Assembly: GCF_963506605.1 (NCBI RefSeq)
Contig: NC_083288.1
Coordinates: forward strand, 28,334,001 to 28,398,000
Source of the DNA: Zootoca vivipara
Lineage: Eukaryota
DNA: 64,000 bases
Direction of reading: 5' to 3'
Part shown: in pieces, positions 1 through 13,042 of the stretch
Position numbering within the stretch: the first letter of the stretch is position 1
Layout of the letters: each line of letters begins with the position of its first letter
Translations under genes and position numbers: made by a program
The notes under the pieces: generated by a model
Database searches by the model: none
The model's input: only the letters and a program-made list of their open reading frames with translations
Told to the model about the DNA's origin: nothing

Positions 1-1277
1 GGTTAATTTTGTTTAAAAAATGGTTTATACAGCAGCTGGTTCTAAAATTGCCTCTTCCAAATTGTTAAATTTGGTTTTGTATTGAATGCTGTATCAGGCT
101 GTGAAATGGTTTTTAAACAGATGCTTTAATGGGGAATAGACTGCTTCCATTTTATGCTTTATTTTTGCATGTGAGTCACTGGGGGGGGGGAGTTTCCCCC
201 TGAAATGGGACATCAAATTGTGTGTGTGTGTAACTTTTTTTAAATCCTTAGAACAACCCTGCAAAAAAGGCCAATAATATTGACCCCCATATTGCAGAAT
301 GGGAATACTGAGGCCAAGAGAGAGATCGGCTTGCCTCAGTCCACAAAGTGAATTTCCATCTGATGATATTTGAACTAGAGGCTTCCTGCCTGACAGTCTC
401 TCCAGTAGCCTTCACAGGTGGTAATTATGGAGAAAGTAATTGATTTTCTTCATTTCACACAAACCATCCTCATGCCGCACTGAAACAAAGCCTAAGGACC
501 TGAGTGCTTTTGTGCGCATGTCCTGCTTGCGGGCTTCCCAGAGGCTTCAGGTTGGCACCTGTGAGTTCTGCACTAAATGGGCCATTGGCCTGATGCAGGA
601 GATAGACCCTTCTTATGTTCTTCCCTTGTATGCCTGACCATACTTCACCCCCCACTGTGGTCTCCCCTGTGTCAGATTTTAGACTGTATTCTCCTCGGGG
701 TACAGACCTTCTTCAAAGTGCCACACCCACTGATGGCACTCTATCCCTAAAAGGATTAGCAAGATAACAATAGAATACAGCAAACTCTACATCCTTATGT
801 AGCCAAAGCAGTACCACACTTAGAACTGTGGGAGTGGGGATTCCAAAGTTTGCAGAAGTAGAAAGGGGGAGAGGAACCATTGATGTGGGGGGGAATACCC
901 CCAAATGTGGACTGAGTATGTTCAGTGGCTACAGAAGGCTGGCTCAGAGGATGAAAACCCGGCAGGCTGGAATGGAGTAGCCTGAAAAGGGGCCTGGCTG
1001 GCCACAAGCGCCCCACACTGCAACCAGGTTCCATTTGTAAAAGAATAAAAATAAAACAATAATAACCTCAAGGAACAATTGTGTGCCATCCCAAAGCTTA
1101 CCGTCTGCATTTACCAAAAGAAGTTGAATTTCCTCCCCAATCCGTTTTTAAAATTAAGAAAAGTTAAGAGCATCTTTAATTAAGAAAAGTTAATAGCATC
1201 TCTTAGAGGTGACATGGGTGTTCTAGAGAGGAATTCAATTGCCCACTCAGCTACGAAAATCACTATCGCTCAGCCTA

Positions 1278-1631
1278 AAGGTAAAGGTAAAGGGACCCCT
1301 GACCATTAGGTCCAGTCGTGACCGACTCTGGGGTTGCGCGCTCATCTCGCATTATTGGCCGAGGGAGCCGGCGTATAGCTTCCAGGTCATGTGGCCAGCA
1401 TGACAAAGCCGCTTCTGGCAAACCAGAGCAGCACATGGAAACGCCATTTACCTTCCCGCTGTAGCGGTTCCTATTTATCTACTTGCATTTTGACATGCTT
1501 TTGAACTGCTAGGTTGGCAGGAGCTGGGACCAAGCAACGGGAGCTCACCCCGTCACAGGGATTCGAACCGCAGACCTTCTGATCAGCAAGCCCTAGGCTC
1601 AGTGGTTTAACCACAGCGCCACCTGGGTCCC
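1278..1631 (-). mobile_element. Sauria SINE, full length
   Basis: Starts GGGACCCAGGTGGCGCTGTGG on - strand and ends in an (ACCTTT)n tail; 13-bp TSD atcgctcagccta at 1265-1277 and 1632-1644. Confidence 0.9.
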
Positions 1632-2780
1632 ATCGCTCAGCCTACCCTACCTCAAAAGAATGTTGTATGGATAAAAGGGGGCGTGCGAGAACCATGCACC
1701 CCCTTTTGAACTCCTGAACAACAAGAAGATATGATTCTGGGGTTTCAAAAGCAACTTAAAAAACCCAAACCAGAAACTTGTTTGTTACAACAAATGAGGA
1801 GGAGCAGGAGTAAGACTGGGTGGGGAGGAGAGGCAGAGAGAGGATGATAAGTTTCAAGAGAGCGAGAGACAGATCAATGGTGGGGGAGATGTTTAAGAGA
1901 GGAGAGACGAAACTTTCCAGCAGTTCTCCCCCCCTCCGGCGCACCCTGCTTTTCTTTTGAAATGCGTTCCAAATGAGTGGAAAGTAAGGCATCACTCTTT
2001 TTAAACATAGCCACAGCCTACTTTGCTCTAGTCCCTCCCTTTTTTAAAAAAAAACATAGCCGGGAAAAGAATCGACTGGCGCCTCCCTTTCAGCGGTTAC
2101 ATGGTTTTCTCCCCCACACACCCCATCGCTCCTGCCCCTGAAACACACACACAAAAAAGGAACTTCAGGGTCTCGAGAGGAGAGTTGCCCTTACTCAAGA
2201 TGTCGACCCTTTGCGTTAAGCCGAAGGGTTTTTGTTTGCCCTTAACAAAGATGGCAGCCTTGCACGGGTGTCACGCACCTGACCACTCAGTCCTCGTGAG
2301 GGCTGCATGTGACACTCCCGGGGGTGGGGCCAAGGAGCGATGGCGGCTTCCGCAGTGGTGTTCAGGAAAGCGTGGAGCCAGTCTGGGCTCCCAGGGAAGA
2401 TGCCCCTCGCAGGGAGCCTCCGTAGGCAGGTGGGTCATCCAGGGAAGTAGGTGCCAGGCCTCTGCGGCGCTGCCCTGACCTCGGGGGTCATGCCCTTGCA
2501 GGCTGGAACCAGAGGGAGGGAGGGGGGATGAGGACTTCCTTGGGTCCCCGGATGTTGGTGGACTACAACTCCCATCACCCCTAGCAAGCACGACCAGTAG
2601 TCAGGGATGGTGGGAATTGTAGTCCCACAACACCTGGGAATCCGAGGTCTGGGCACCGGAAATTGGGCACCGGAAGTCGCTTCTACACATGTCTGGACAT
2701 GCATAGAAGCAACTTCCGGTGCCGCGCCACTGCTGATCCCGGATTTTTCAATCCGGGAGTTGGAAGGTATGACAGGCACA

Positions 2781-2784
<4 letters not shown>

Positions 2785-2824
<40 letters not shown>
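2785..2824. repeat. (CA)n microsatellite
   Basis: Direct reading. Confidence 0.95.
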
Positions 2825-2825
<1 letters not shown>

Positions 2826-2955
2826 CGCCTAGGATCCGCCTTCAAGCTCCTGCTGTGCAATCTGGGCCGCGGCCTCTGTCGCGTTTAATAGCACCTGTGC
2901 CTCTTTATCCATCTCCAAAGTAGCCGCAATGATTGCCAGATTGCTGTCAGAGGGT

Positions 2956-3425
2956 TGTCGTGGCTACTCTAGAGTAACTCTGCCTGAGTCAAGTTTGTCT
3001 TCAAAGACGTTTATTGTGCTATTTATTGACAGTGTAGAGACAGCTTAAAACATGACCTCTCATCCCGAATAAGAATCCGGCAATGGCGTACGTCTATTCC
3101 TACGCCAGCAAAGTAGTCTGGGCACCCTAAAACGCCGCCCCCTTGACCTGCGATGCGGCACTCTCCTTACTTCTTGTGCCAGAAGGAGTGATGCCCTTTC
3201 AACTTCCTCCGTAAGCGGTCGGTGCCCTGGCTCTGCAACATCCCTGAGCGTCTGCCTGCATTCCTCCGCCCCGAGCTTTCCCATTGTTCCTCTTTCTGAT
3301 TTCTCTCCTCCTCCGAGTCTCCCCCTCCCCCTCTGGCTGCTTCAGAACCACTGGTGCTCTCTGTACTTGACGAGGTGGACGTCAGAATGATGGGGGCTGG
3401 CTTCCTGTAGGGAGTCACCCTTACA
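2956..3425 (-). mobile_element. Probable solo LTR (Gypsy-like)
   Basis: - strand reads TGTAAGGG...CGACA with AATAAA-type signals near its 3' end (tttatt at ~3010 and ~3023); no TSD found. Confidence 0.45.
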
Positions 3426-3426
3426 A

Positions 3427-3588
3427 GTACCTATTTATCTACTTGCACTTTGACGTGCTTCCGAACTGCTAGGTGGGCAGGAGCTGGGACCGAGCATCAG
3501 GAGCTCAGTCGCGGGGACTTGAACCGCCGACCTTCTGATCGGCAAGCCCTAGGCTCTGTGGTTTAACCCACAGTGCCACCCGCGTCCC
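3427..3588 (-). mobile_element. Sauria SINE 5' half
   Basis: Matches 1470-1631 of the full copy; truncated at the adjacent LTR-like sequence. Confidence 0.85.
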
Positions 3589-4259
3589 GCCCTCTTATGC
3601 CTCATAGTCTGGTGCTTACTTTTAGCATATGTGTTTAAATTGTGGTTTCTACTGGTTTCCATTATATTTTAACTTTCTTCTTATTAAATTTGTATGTGAC
3701 ATATTTTGTTTTTGTTTTTTTTAGACTTGCCCAGTGAACTTCTACTATAGAAAGTCATATAAAAGGTAAAGGTAAAAGGTATCATAAAGTAATATAAATT
3801 CAGTTAAGTACCTGTAAGTTATAAAATAAACATGTCCCACAAACTATTCTTCCAAAGCTATGACCATGATAATCTGTTGCAGGAAAAGAATTAATTTTTT
3901 TCTTCTCTTTTTTGCAACCTGTTAATGGCTGATTAATTCATTATGGCAGCAGCTGTCAAGGACTAGTGTTGCCTTCAACAGATGCCAGAAACAAAAACCA
4001 AAAAAACCCATTTGGAGCTAGTTTTACATTAAAAGAAAAATTAAAACATTCATGAAGGTATTTGAACTGTATTCATGATCTTTGATAAAATCTTATACAA
4101 ACCCCTGTGATTTTCCTTTTTATTAATGAACCATTATTTGCACTGTTAATCATGCTCAATCTTGTAAACTATTTGAAAAATTCTACTGAAATATGAAGTG
4201 GCATATCATATGACTCCTCTCTCTGTATTGTTCTTTTCACAAAGATTTCATTTCTCTCA

Positions 4260-5189
4260 ATGTTGGGAAACCAGACAAAGCTGGCAGAATTTATCCTCCT
4301 GGGATTTCGGAAATTCTACGAATTGCAGACACTTCTTTTCCTGATATTTCTGGTAATTTATGTTGTGACCATAACTGGAAATATTCTTACGTTTGCCCTT
4401 ATTGTCTTTGATCGGCACCTTCATACCCCCATGTACTTTTTCCTGGGGAATCTCTCCTTTCTGGAGGCCTGCTCTAGCTCCAATATATTCCCACAGATGC
4501 TTTTGGCTCTCATTACTGGAGACCGAAGGATTTCCTTCACAGGCTGCTTCACACAGTGGTATCTCTTTGGTTCCTTGGAAGCTGCAGAATGCTTTTTACT
4601 CTGTGCGATGTCTTATGACAGGTACCTAGCAATCTGTAAACCATTGCATTATGCAACAACTATGAAAACCCACACTTCTATCCATTTAGCAGCTGCATCT
4701 TGGTTCAGTGGATTTATAGCTTGCTTGGTATTACTCATTCTGATGCTACAGTTATCATTTTGTGGCCCTAGTGAAATTGATCATTACTTCTGTGAATACT
4801 TCCCTCTTCTCAAACTCTCTTGCAGCGACACCAGTGTGTTGGAAATTACACGTTACATTTTGGCTGTCATATTTACATTCCCTCCATTTTTTCTAACTAT
4901 AACTTCCTACGTATACATTATTGCTGCCATTTTAAAGATCCCCTCTGCCGCTGGGAGGCAAAAGGCCTTTTCCACCTGCTCCTCTCACTTGATTGTGGTT
5001 TCAATTTTTTATGGCACACTCATGATTGCGTATATGATACCGAAGTCAAAAAAGAACAGAGAGATGCAAAAGATTTCTTCTCTCTTGTACACAGCTCTGT
5101 CGCCTCTAGTCAACCCATTTATATACAGCCTAAGGAACAAGGAGGTAAAAAATTCACTGAGGAATAATATTAGGAAACTTGTGAGGTGA
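4260..5189 (+). CDS. Olfactory receptor, class II (OR11/OR6-like), 309 aa, intact
   Basis: GN, LHTPMYFFLGNLS, MSYDRYLAICKPLHY, HYFCE, KAFSTCSSHL, PLVNPFIYSLRN motifs; N-terminal NQT glycosylation site; upstream pyrimidine tract and AG acceptor (4243-4244). Confidence 0.97.
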   Translation: MLGNQTKLAEFILLGFRKFYELQTLLFLIFLVIYVVTITGNILTFALIVFDRHLHTPMYFFLGNLSFLEACSSSNIFPQMLLALITGDRRISFTGCFTQWYLFGSLEAAECFLLCAMSYDRYLAICKPLHYATTMKTHTSIHLAAASWFSGFIACLVLLILMLQLSFCGPSEIDHYFCEYFPLLKLSCSDTSVLEITRYILAVIFTFPPFFLTITSYVYIIAAILKIPSAAGRQKAFSTCSSHLIVVSIFYGTLMIAYMIPKSKKNREMQKISSLLYTALSPLVNPFIYSLRNKEVKNSLRNNIRKLVR

Positions 5190-5642
5190 AGCAAATTAAT
5201 ATAATAGAAGCAACCTGGGTATTTTCTGTGGCATTTCTCTTCTCTCTCTGACAGGGTGTTATACAGTTCAGTCTCTGAAAGGATGCATCAATCCATCAAT
5301 TTCCAGGATTAATAATACATTTTATTGAAAATCATGAACTTGTTTAAATAATCCAGTCATTCTTATTATTTATTTTATTCTTATTTTTGTGTGTTTTATT
5401 GTATTTCCAGATATTGTTGTCCACCCTCTACATATTTTAGATGAGTGTGTGGTGTACATTTTTTAAATAAATAATGTTTATAAAATAATAATAATGAGAT
5501 TATCTATTTCATGAATTGCATTGGATGACTATTTGTAAAACTAGTTACAGGTTGGTAGCCGTGTTGGTCTGACATAGTCGAAACAAACAAACAAAAAATT
5601 CCCCTCCGGTAGCACCTTAGAGACCAACTAAGTTTGTCATAG

Positions 5643-5680
5643 GTATGAGCTTTCGTGTGCATGCACACTTCTTCAGATAC
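5643..5680 (-). ncRNA. Minimal type I hammerhead ribozyme motif (Penelope pLTR)
   Basis: GUAU-CUGAAGA-A-GUGUGC AU GCACAC-GAAA-GCUC-AUAC: conserved core CUGANGA/GAAA, stem I GUAU/AUAC, palindromic AGCU stem III. Confidence 0.8.
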
Positions 5681-5914
5681 ACTGAAACAAAAGTCACCAG
5701 ACCCTTATGTATAGTCAGAGGGTGGGGAGGGGTATTACTCAGAAGGGTGGTGGGAATGGGTGATTGGCTGATAAGAGTGTTAAACCTGTTGACGACTGTT
5801 AACGATTGTTAACGATTGTTAACGACTGCAATTGGTCTTGCAGGAAAAAGCAAGGGGTGAGATGGCTAAAGAAAGCTTTATCATGTATAATGAGATAAGA
5901 ACCAATGTCTTTAT

Positions 5915-6004
5915 CATAGCTGCCAAGTTCTCCCTTTTTTTAAGGGAAATTCCCTTATGCTGAATAGGCTTCCTCGCGAGAAAAGGGAAAACTTGGCAGC
6001 TATG
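5915..6004. mobile_element. 90-bp hAT-type MITE inserted in the Penelope element
   Basis: TIR catagctgccaag/cttggcagctatg; 8-bp TSD gtctttat at 5907-5914 and 6005-6012. Confidence 0.9.
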
Positions 6005-7065
6005 GTCTTTATTCAGACCAGGTCTCTCCATGTTTATTAAGCTTGGTAATGAGTGGCAATTCAGCAACTTCTCTTTCCAGTCTGTTTCTGAAAATTTTCT
6101 GTAATAAGACAGCTACTTTGAGATCTTGTATTGAATGTCCTGGGCGATTGAAGTGTTCTCCTACTGGTTTCTCTGTCTTGTGATTCCTGATGTCAGATTT
6201 ATGTCCATTTATCCTTTGGCGTAGGGTTTGGCCTGTTTGTAGAGAGCTGAAGGGCACTGTTGGCATTTGATGGCATACACAATGTTAGAAGATGAGCAAT
6301 TAAATAGTCCTGAGATGGTATGTTTGATATTGTTGGGGCCAGTAATGGTGTTGTCCGGGTGTATGTGGCAGCAAAGTTGGCATCTGGGTTTATTGTAGGC
6401 TCTGGTACCAGTGTCAATGTTAATTCTGGTGGTGGTATTATTGTGGGTGAGGAGTTGCTTAAGATTGGGTGGCTGTCTGTAGGCAATGAAAGGTCTTCCT
6501 CCCAGAGCTTGAGAAAGAGAACTGTCATTGTCTAGGAGAGGTTGTAGATCTCTGATGATGCACTGTACTGTTTTAACTTGGGAGCTGTATGTGATTACTA
6601 GTGGTGTTCTGTTATTTTCTTTTTGGGGTCTGTCTTGCAGCAAGTTCTCTCTGGGTATCAGTCTGGCTCTGTTGATCTGTTGTTTAACTTCATCGGGTGG
6701 ATATTTTAGTTCTAAAAAAGGTTTGCTGTAGATCTTTTAGGTGAGAGTCTCTGTCTGTAGAGTTGGAACAGATGTGGCTGTAACGTAGAGCCTGGCTGTA
6801 TACAATGGATTGTTTGGTATGTTTGGGATGGTAGCTAGAAGCATGTAGATATGTTTGTCGGTCAGTTGGTTTTCAGTATAGGGTGGTGCCTATACGCACA
6901 TCCTGTATTTTTATAGTAGTGTCCAAAAAATGTATTTCTATCGTTAACTGTCGTCAACAGGTTTACCACTCCTATCAGCCAATCACCCATTCCCACTACC
7001 CTTCTGAGTAATACCCCTCCGCACCCTCTGACTATACTTAAGGGTCTGGTGACTTCTGTTTCAGT

Positions 7066-7103
7066 GTATCTGAAGAAGTGTGCATGCACACGAAAGCTCA
7101 AAA
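7066..7103 (+). ncRNA. Hammerhead motif copy (stem I mismatch)
   Basis: Same core; the 3' strand of stem I reads aaac instead of atac. Confidence 0.7.
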
Positions 7104-8196
7104 CTATGACAAACTTAGTTGGTCTCTAAGGTGCTTCTGGAAGGATTTTTTTTTGGCGGGGGGGGGGGGGTAAAAACTAGCACATTTTTGTGTGAGGAGA
7201 ATATCAGCTCTGCAATCAGTCAATAAAGGTGTAGGAAACCCCAAACTGAAACCATTGGTGGCTACACCGATAAAAAACAAATGAGTGGCATATGGCTGGG
7301 TTCAATCCACATTCCACATTCAAAACCAAACAATAATGGTAATCATAATTCTACACTTTATGTAACATAATTCAATAAATATATCTCCAAAAAAAATTCT
7401 TCCCTAGTGATTTCTTTGTAAAACAAATGGAATGCCAATTGGGAGAGCAAAAACAAATGAAGCATTGAGTTTTTTCCGCTAGAGTCAGAAAAACAGAAAG
7501 AGCCAAAAATCAATCCTCGATTTTTGTTTTGTGTTTTTTTTAAAACAACAACAACCTCTTTACCTAATATAATCTGAATCTAGGTTAAGAATCTACATGA
7601 AAAAATTCTGTATTGCAAAATAATTTGCTTTTCCCTGATCTTCCACTTACTTGAGATACTGTTGCACTGGTTAGGACATGAAGTCACTTATTCTTTATAA
7701 TAAAAGTATTTTGCCTGGTACATGGAGGGAGAGTTGGATAGGGAGATGGAAGATGAGCACAGAGTTCTTTCATTGCTTGTGCATGCTTGTTAGTTAGTTA
7801 GCTAGTGTGGCTGCAATTTTTCACTTACCTGGGAGTAAGCTTCACCAATTGCAATGGAAGTGACTTCTGAGTAGACATGGTTGGGATTGCACACATATCA
7901 AGAGAGTAACAAAGGAAACACAAAAATAAAGAACATGAAAATGACACCTCAAAATGATATGGGGGTGTGTGTTGGAGGTCAATTTTACAGAATGAAACTA
8001 GTAGCATTCCTCAATTTGATAAGCATGCTTTACTATAATATAAAATGCATTTTACAGTGCTATTTGTGGTGTTGACTCCTTTTTGCTGTAAGCTAGCTTT
8101 GCACCAGCAACTGATTAAAAATATGGGATTATTAGAATGTTATTACACCTAGAAAACAAGGAATGTGAGATTAGATGATGCACCTAATTTCTATTT

Positions 8197-8435
8197 AAAG
8201 GTAAAGGGACCCCTGACCATTAGGTCCAGTCGTGACCGGCTCTGGGGTTGTGCGCTCATCTCGCATTATTGGCCGAGGGAGCCGGCGTACAGCTTCCAGG
8301 TCATGTGGCCAGCATGACAAAGCTGCTTCGGGCGAACCAGAGCAGCACACGGAAATGCCGTTTACCTTCCCGCTGTAGCAGTACCTATTTATCTACTTGC
8401 ACTTTGATGTGCTTTCAAACAGCTAGGTTGGCAGG
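8197..8435 (-). mobile_element. Sauria SINE 3' part
   Basis: aaaggtaaagggacccctgaccattaggtccagtcg... matches the 1278 copy. Confidence 0.88.
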
Positions 8436-8589
8436 AAATCTCAATTTAGTCTTTTTATTTAATAGACTCCTAATCCTCAAAAAATTCTAAGTGGTTTACA
8501 TAAAATATAAATATACATTAAAATTACTGATAAAATCAGATATTCAAAATATTAAGCTAATATTTTCCCAAACATAAACATAAACATAA

Positions 8590-8629
<40 letters not shown>

Positions 8630-9856
8630 TTGCACATTTCTCTCAGTGTTCATGTATTTCTTAAGCTACATTATATAAATGAGCACTGCAAACTGCATTA
8701 AACTTCACCTACATATACAATGGCTTAATATGAGATGAAGTTTTCTAAATATATGCCTAGTAAGGAGCTATCCATGCTGAAGGGTATAGACACTGCTTTT
8801 GTACCACTCACAGTAATTTTGCCAAATGTTCCTGGAAAACCTGATTAGGACACAATCTGATGGTTCCTGGGAAGGTGTTCCGGAAGGTGTTCCGGGGACC
8901 ACGGGATTTTGCGAATCTTCTCTATGGGTAGAGAGAGAAGCCCACCCTTGGAAGCCCCCTGCCAGCCACCACCACCAGCAGTGCTGTGGCAGCAGAGAGA
9001 GCAAAATAGGGGGCATTGCGTGGACAGGTGGAGTCCCCCAAACCCCAGGAGACCCCTGAGCAAAATAATGACTTGAGACAACTTGCTATGGGATTAAAAT
9101 TGGCCACAACCTTATTAAGATTCAGATGTAGGGAGACCTTGGCTCAGGCATTGGGCCATGGATCTGGGAGACTTCAGGGTTATCCAGAATGTGTGGGGAT
9201 TGGGCTGGCTCTGGAGAACATATGTTCAAGCAGAGAGCCTGCTCCCCGTTTGCCGCCGCTAGAAGGGAGAGCAATGACAACCTCTCCGTGTATGGCCAAT
9301 GCCTCTCCTTGAGACCCCTTTAACGGGGAACCCTGGGATCACTGCCACAAAGGGGGGCATGGGTCATTGCTTCATGCCCCCCCCCCCCATTTAGGAAGAA
9401 GATAAAGGTGAAACCTGCCAATGCAGGAAAATTCCTTTCCGGCCCTTCAACAGTGACCTTGACGTAGCAGCGCCTGCATACCTGTGGAGAAGAGGTTAAC
9501 CTGAAGAAGAAGACTTAATTAAGGGAGTGGAGGCTGGGAGAAGCTCTGGAGCCGGCTGCTGCTTCCCAGGTAAGCTACACCTTCTGTTGTGTGGGCATGG
9601 GGGTCCCTCCCCTTACCTGGCTAGTCCCCTGGCAACGCCTCCCCAGGCAGGATTGGGTGGTTGACTGAGGAAGGCGGAGACCCCAGGTATCATGCCTGGG
9701 GAGGATGAAGCCAGCCGAACTACCAGGAGCCGCACTGGGATCTAGGGGGCTGTGCGCACCCACGCAAAAGTGCCCCCCCATTTGATGTGGGGAGTGGTCA
9801 TTCTGGAGTCAGCCATCAGTGAGTTGCACCTATTGGTGTATCCTAGTTGGTAAGAT

Positions 9857-10256
9857 ATGCCTGTTGTCTTTGTCCATGGAGTTTTCTTGGCAGGGATACT
9901 GGAGTGGCTTGCCAGTTCCTTCTCCAGGAGGATCATGTTTAGTCAAAACTCTCCACTATGACCTGTCCATCTTGGATGGCCCTGCATGGCATAGCTCATA
10001 GCTTCTCTGAGTTATTCAAGACCCTTCGCCATGACAAGGCATTGATCCATGAAGGAAATCAGCCCTGAGTACTCACTGGAAGGACAGATCGTGAAGCTGA
10101 GGCGCCAATACTTTGGCCACCTCATGAGAAGAGAAGACTCCCTGGAAAAGACCCTGATGTTGGGAAAGATGGAGGGCACAAGACAGGAGTTCCTGGCGTG
10201 CTATGGTCCATGGGGTCACGAAGAGTCGGACACGACTAAACGACTAAACAACAACA
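9857..10256 (+). mobile_element. Internally deleted BovB (RTE) derivative
   Basis: BovB 5'-region-like segment joined to an RT C-terminus (SLEGQIVKLRRQYFGHLMRREDSLEKTLMLGK), BovB 3' end (gagtcggacacgactaaacgact) and (CAA)n tail; 12-bp TSD agttggtaagat at 9845-9856 and 10257-10268. Confidence 0.82.
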
Positions 10257-11039
10257 AGTTGGTAAGATGCTAGTCATGAGAGATGAGAGACCTCGCTGGC
10301 CAGGTTACTAATACTCCATTCATGGATGATTAGATATTCTGCTTCCGTAGCAGAATTCTAAATGTTAATTCCCTCACTAACCTCCTGGGAAAAGGTAGTT
10401 TTAGTAAGAGTTGGCTGCTCAGTTGCAGACATATTAGGATACTACTAGTTGCTTAGATCCTTCTCACTCTGGCTATCAGGTTGGACATAACACTGATAGT
10501 GTGCTTGTGGCTTTGATTTAAGATCACCATTTAGAGATTAGGGAACTTATATACAGGTATTTCATCTGAGCCTGCGGTTTCATCTGTGGTTTTGGAAGAC
10601 ACTGGCAATAGTAAAATTATAGCCACATTTTAGGTTATTGTCAATTAAGAATTTATTATATACATCCCTTTTCTCTTCAAAAATACAGAATAATGTGTAT
10701 GCAAACAGAGCTATAAACAGTAGCTTATAGATGAGTCATTTTTTTTGGGGGGGGGGTCTATGAACCGCCCTGAGATTTGTGGTGGTGTACAAAGTTCATA
10801 AATAATAATAATGCTATAATAATTTTATGTTAGTGATATTTATCACCATTTGCCAAATTAAAAATAAATAGGATGATGATTCATTTCCAAAATTAGCGTA
10901 CTGTGTTTTTAACATTTGTATTGTGAGGCAATTTGAGTAGCTTGTGGTAGAACCAGATACCAGTTATGCAACTAGCAACTGAGCAAATATTTTGTTGAAA
11001 GGATAAGCGATCTTCAGCCATCTCAACCCTTGCTTTTTC

Positions 11040-11262
11040 ATGCAAAACCATTTGCAGTCGTTTGCGGTCATCAACAGCTATCAGTCAGTCAATCACCCAT
11101 TTCCACCACCCTTCTGAGTGATCCCCCCTCCCCATCCCCACCCCTCCCCACCCCTTCTCTACATAAGTGCCTGGAAACTTCCATTTCACTGTATCTGAAG
11201 AAGTGTGCATGCACACGAAAGCTCATACCAAAATAAAAACTTAGTTGGTCTTTAAGGTGCTA
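11040..11262 (+). mobile_element. Penelope pLTR/3' fragment with hammerhead motif (11191-11228)
   Basis: Homologous to 6940-7150 and 61100-61324; intact hammerhead core. Confidence 0.85.
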
Positions 11263-11592
11263 CTGAAGGAATTTTTTTATTTGTTGAAAGGAAATACTGT
11301 AGCAGGCATAGTCAACCAATCTTGACTGAAACTCTGACAGAAGATGTTGACCGTTAACCTTTTGCTCCCTGATCTCAATCCAGTTCAGTCCAGTTACATT
11401 GAAAGGAAAGTTCCCACCAGTGCAAAAAAGGAGGTATGGAGCCCTCATTCCTATTCTACCTCCTTCGTTGCAGAAAGCATGCCTCTGTATGCCTGTTGCT
11501 GGCAGTCACAAGTAGGGAGGCTGCTCTTGTACTCAAGTCCTACTTGTAGGCTTCCCAAAGGAATCTGGTTGGTCATTGTGGACTAGATTGAC

Positions 11593-13042
11593 TTTTTTTT
11601 TTAAACATACTTTTTATTAATTTTACAGAATACAAAAAAAACAAAAAAAACGGTACATACATAAACACCTTTTCCACCTCCTTCCTACCCACCCACATGG
11701 GTCCTCCCCTGCCACAGAAGTATCCCATGTATGTGAACAGTCAGAGATGTTCCATTTTATGCTTGGATTTCTGTCCTCCTCCCCCTCCCCTGACCCCAAA
11801 GCCCCCCCCCCCCTGCCACCAGGGAGCTCCAGCAAACCAGGGCAGTACGCAGGAGGCCATCCATCCAACCATCTATTGTCATACCAAAAAAAAAAAGAGA
11901 AAAATAGAAATAGGAAAAAAGAAAAAAAAGAAAGGGCAAAAAAAGAGAAAAAAACAATACAAAACAGAAAATTTTTTCTTACATTCATGATTGTAAAACC
12001 ATATTTTGTGGGCTTCCCCTCCCCCCCTTCCCCGGTTTTCATCCCTTTTTTATCATCTGCAACAGTTTCTTACTTTATAGAAATACACCTTTGTATCTTA
12101 TACAACTTCAAATCACTGAAAAATCAAACTCCCATTTTATCTTCCCGTGCCTAATTTTTTCTCCCTCTATAAGCCTCCATATTTTCACATTTTCCAAAAT
12201 CCATTCACTTTTAAAACTATAACTATTCTCAATTTAACCTTACATCCCCGATTACCGGCTCCACCCCCCCCCCCAATCCAGCAAATTCCATAATCAGCAG
12301 ACCAGTTATAAACCTGTTAATCCATCCATGTAATCACAACATCACTTTCCCTTCACCCCACCCCCTGTTTACAGTCTTTTGCCATCCAGGCCACCATACA
12401 GGGCCCCTGAATTTCTTCTCTTCTCTGCATATTTTTTCCTTCTTCCCTGTGGGCGTTCTGGAGTTCCAATAATACCAATCGTGCCCCCCTCAAAAGCGGG
12501 GCACTCCATCCAACTTTTTGTAGAGTAAAGTCATCATTTTTTTCGTGGTGTGCTTCATTTTGTGTTGAATCATCACAGTCCTCATCTTCATCTTTTCCTT
12601 CCAAATCACAGTCATCATCATTGTCATTCTCACATTCATCTTTTTCAGTGTCAAAAGCTTCATCTCCTAAAAAATCATATTCTGCCATCACCATCTGAAA
12701 TTTTTGCTGTAACTCTTGCCGTCGTGTCTCCTCTTGACATAGCTCTATTCTTGTTTCCCACATTAAGGTCAAAACAGACCGCTGGAACTCAGGGGAACAC
12801 TTTTTTGTTGACATAATTCAATCCTGCCAAGGTCAAAACTTGTCACGTGGGGTGGAATATGATCACAGTTTATTTTCTCGACTCCATTTTAACAAGCTGG
12901 CTGCATTCTTCAAGTCTTATTAACAATAAAGTTCGAACTCACATTTCACAAACATTTAAACCAAAAAAGAAATTCCACAAAGTCCAGAAATACAAAATGA
13001 AATAAAAATTGACTCATAAATCCTGATCAACTCACTGGGTTG
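11593..13042 (-). mobile_element. Poly(A)-tailed retro-insertion of unknown family (L1-type mobilisation)
   Basis: TSD of at least 15 bp (gtggactagattgac) at 11578-11592 and 13043-13057; T-run at 11593 and tttatt at ~11613 give poly(A) and AATAAA on - strand; 153-aa acidic ORF 12353-12814; no RT/EN motifs seen. Confidence 0.75.

Larger units (their letters stand above)
5543..7150 (-). mobile_element. Penelope-like (Poseidon-type) retroelement, 5' truncated, with inverted terminal copy
   Basis: RT C-terminal/linker ORF 6209-6643 (RTPLVITYS...RQPPNLK...CQLC) and GIY-YIG ORF 6009-6266, frameshifted; 6940-7150 is an inverted copy of ~5595-5805; short TSD-like aaaactag on both sides. Confidence 0.9.

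Noticed and set aside
1152-1203. 26-bp tandem duplication containing AACTTTTCTTAATT on - strand, resembling OR enhancer motifs
   Set aside because: Not an exact match to the known motif, no O/E cluster nearby, and AT-rich local duplication is a sufficient explanation.
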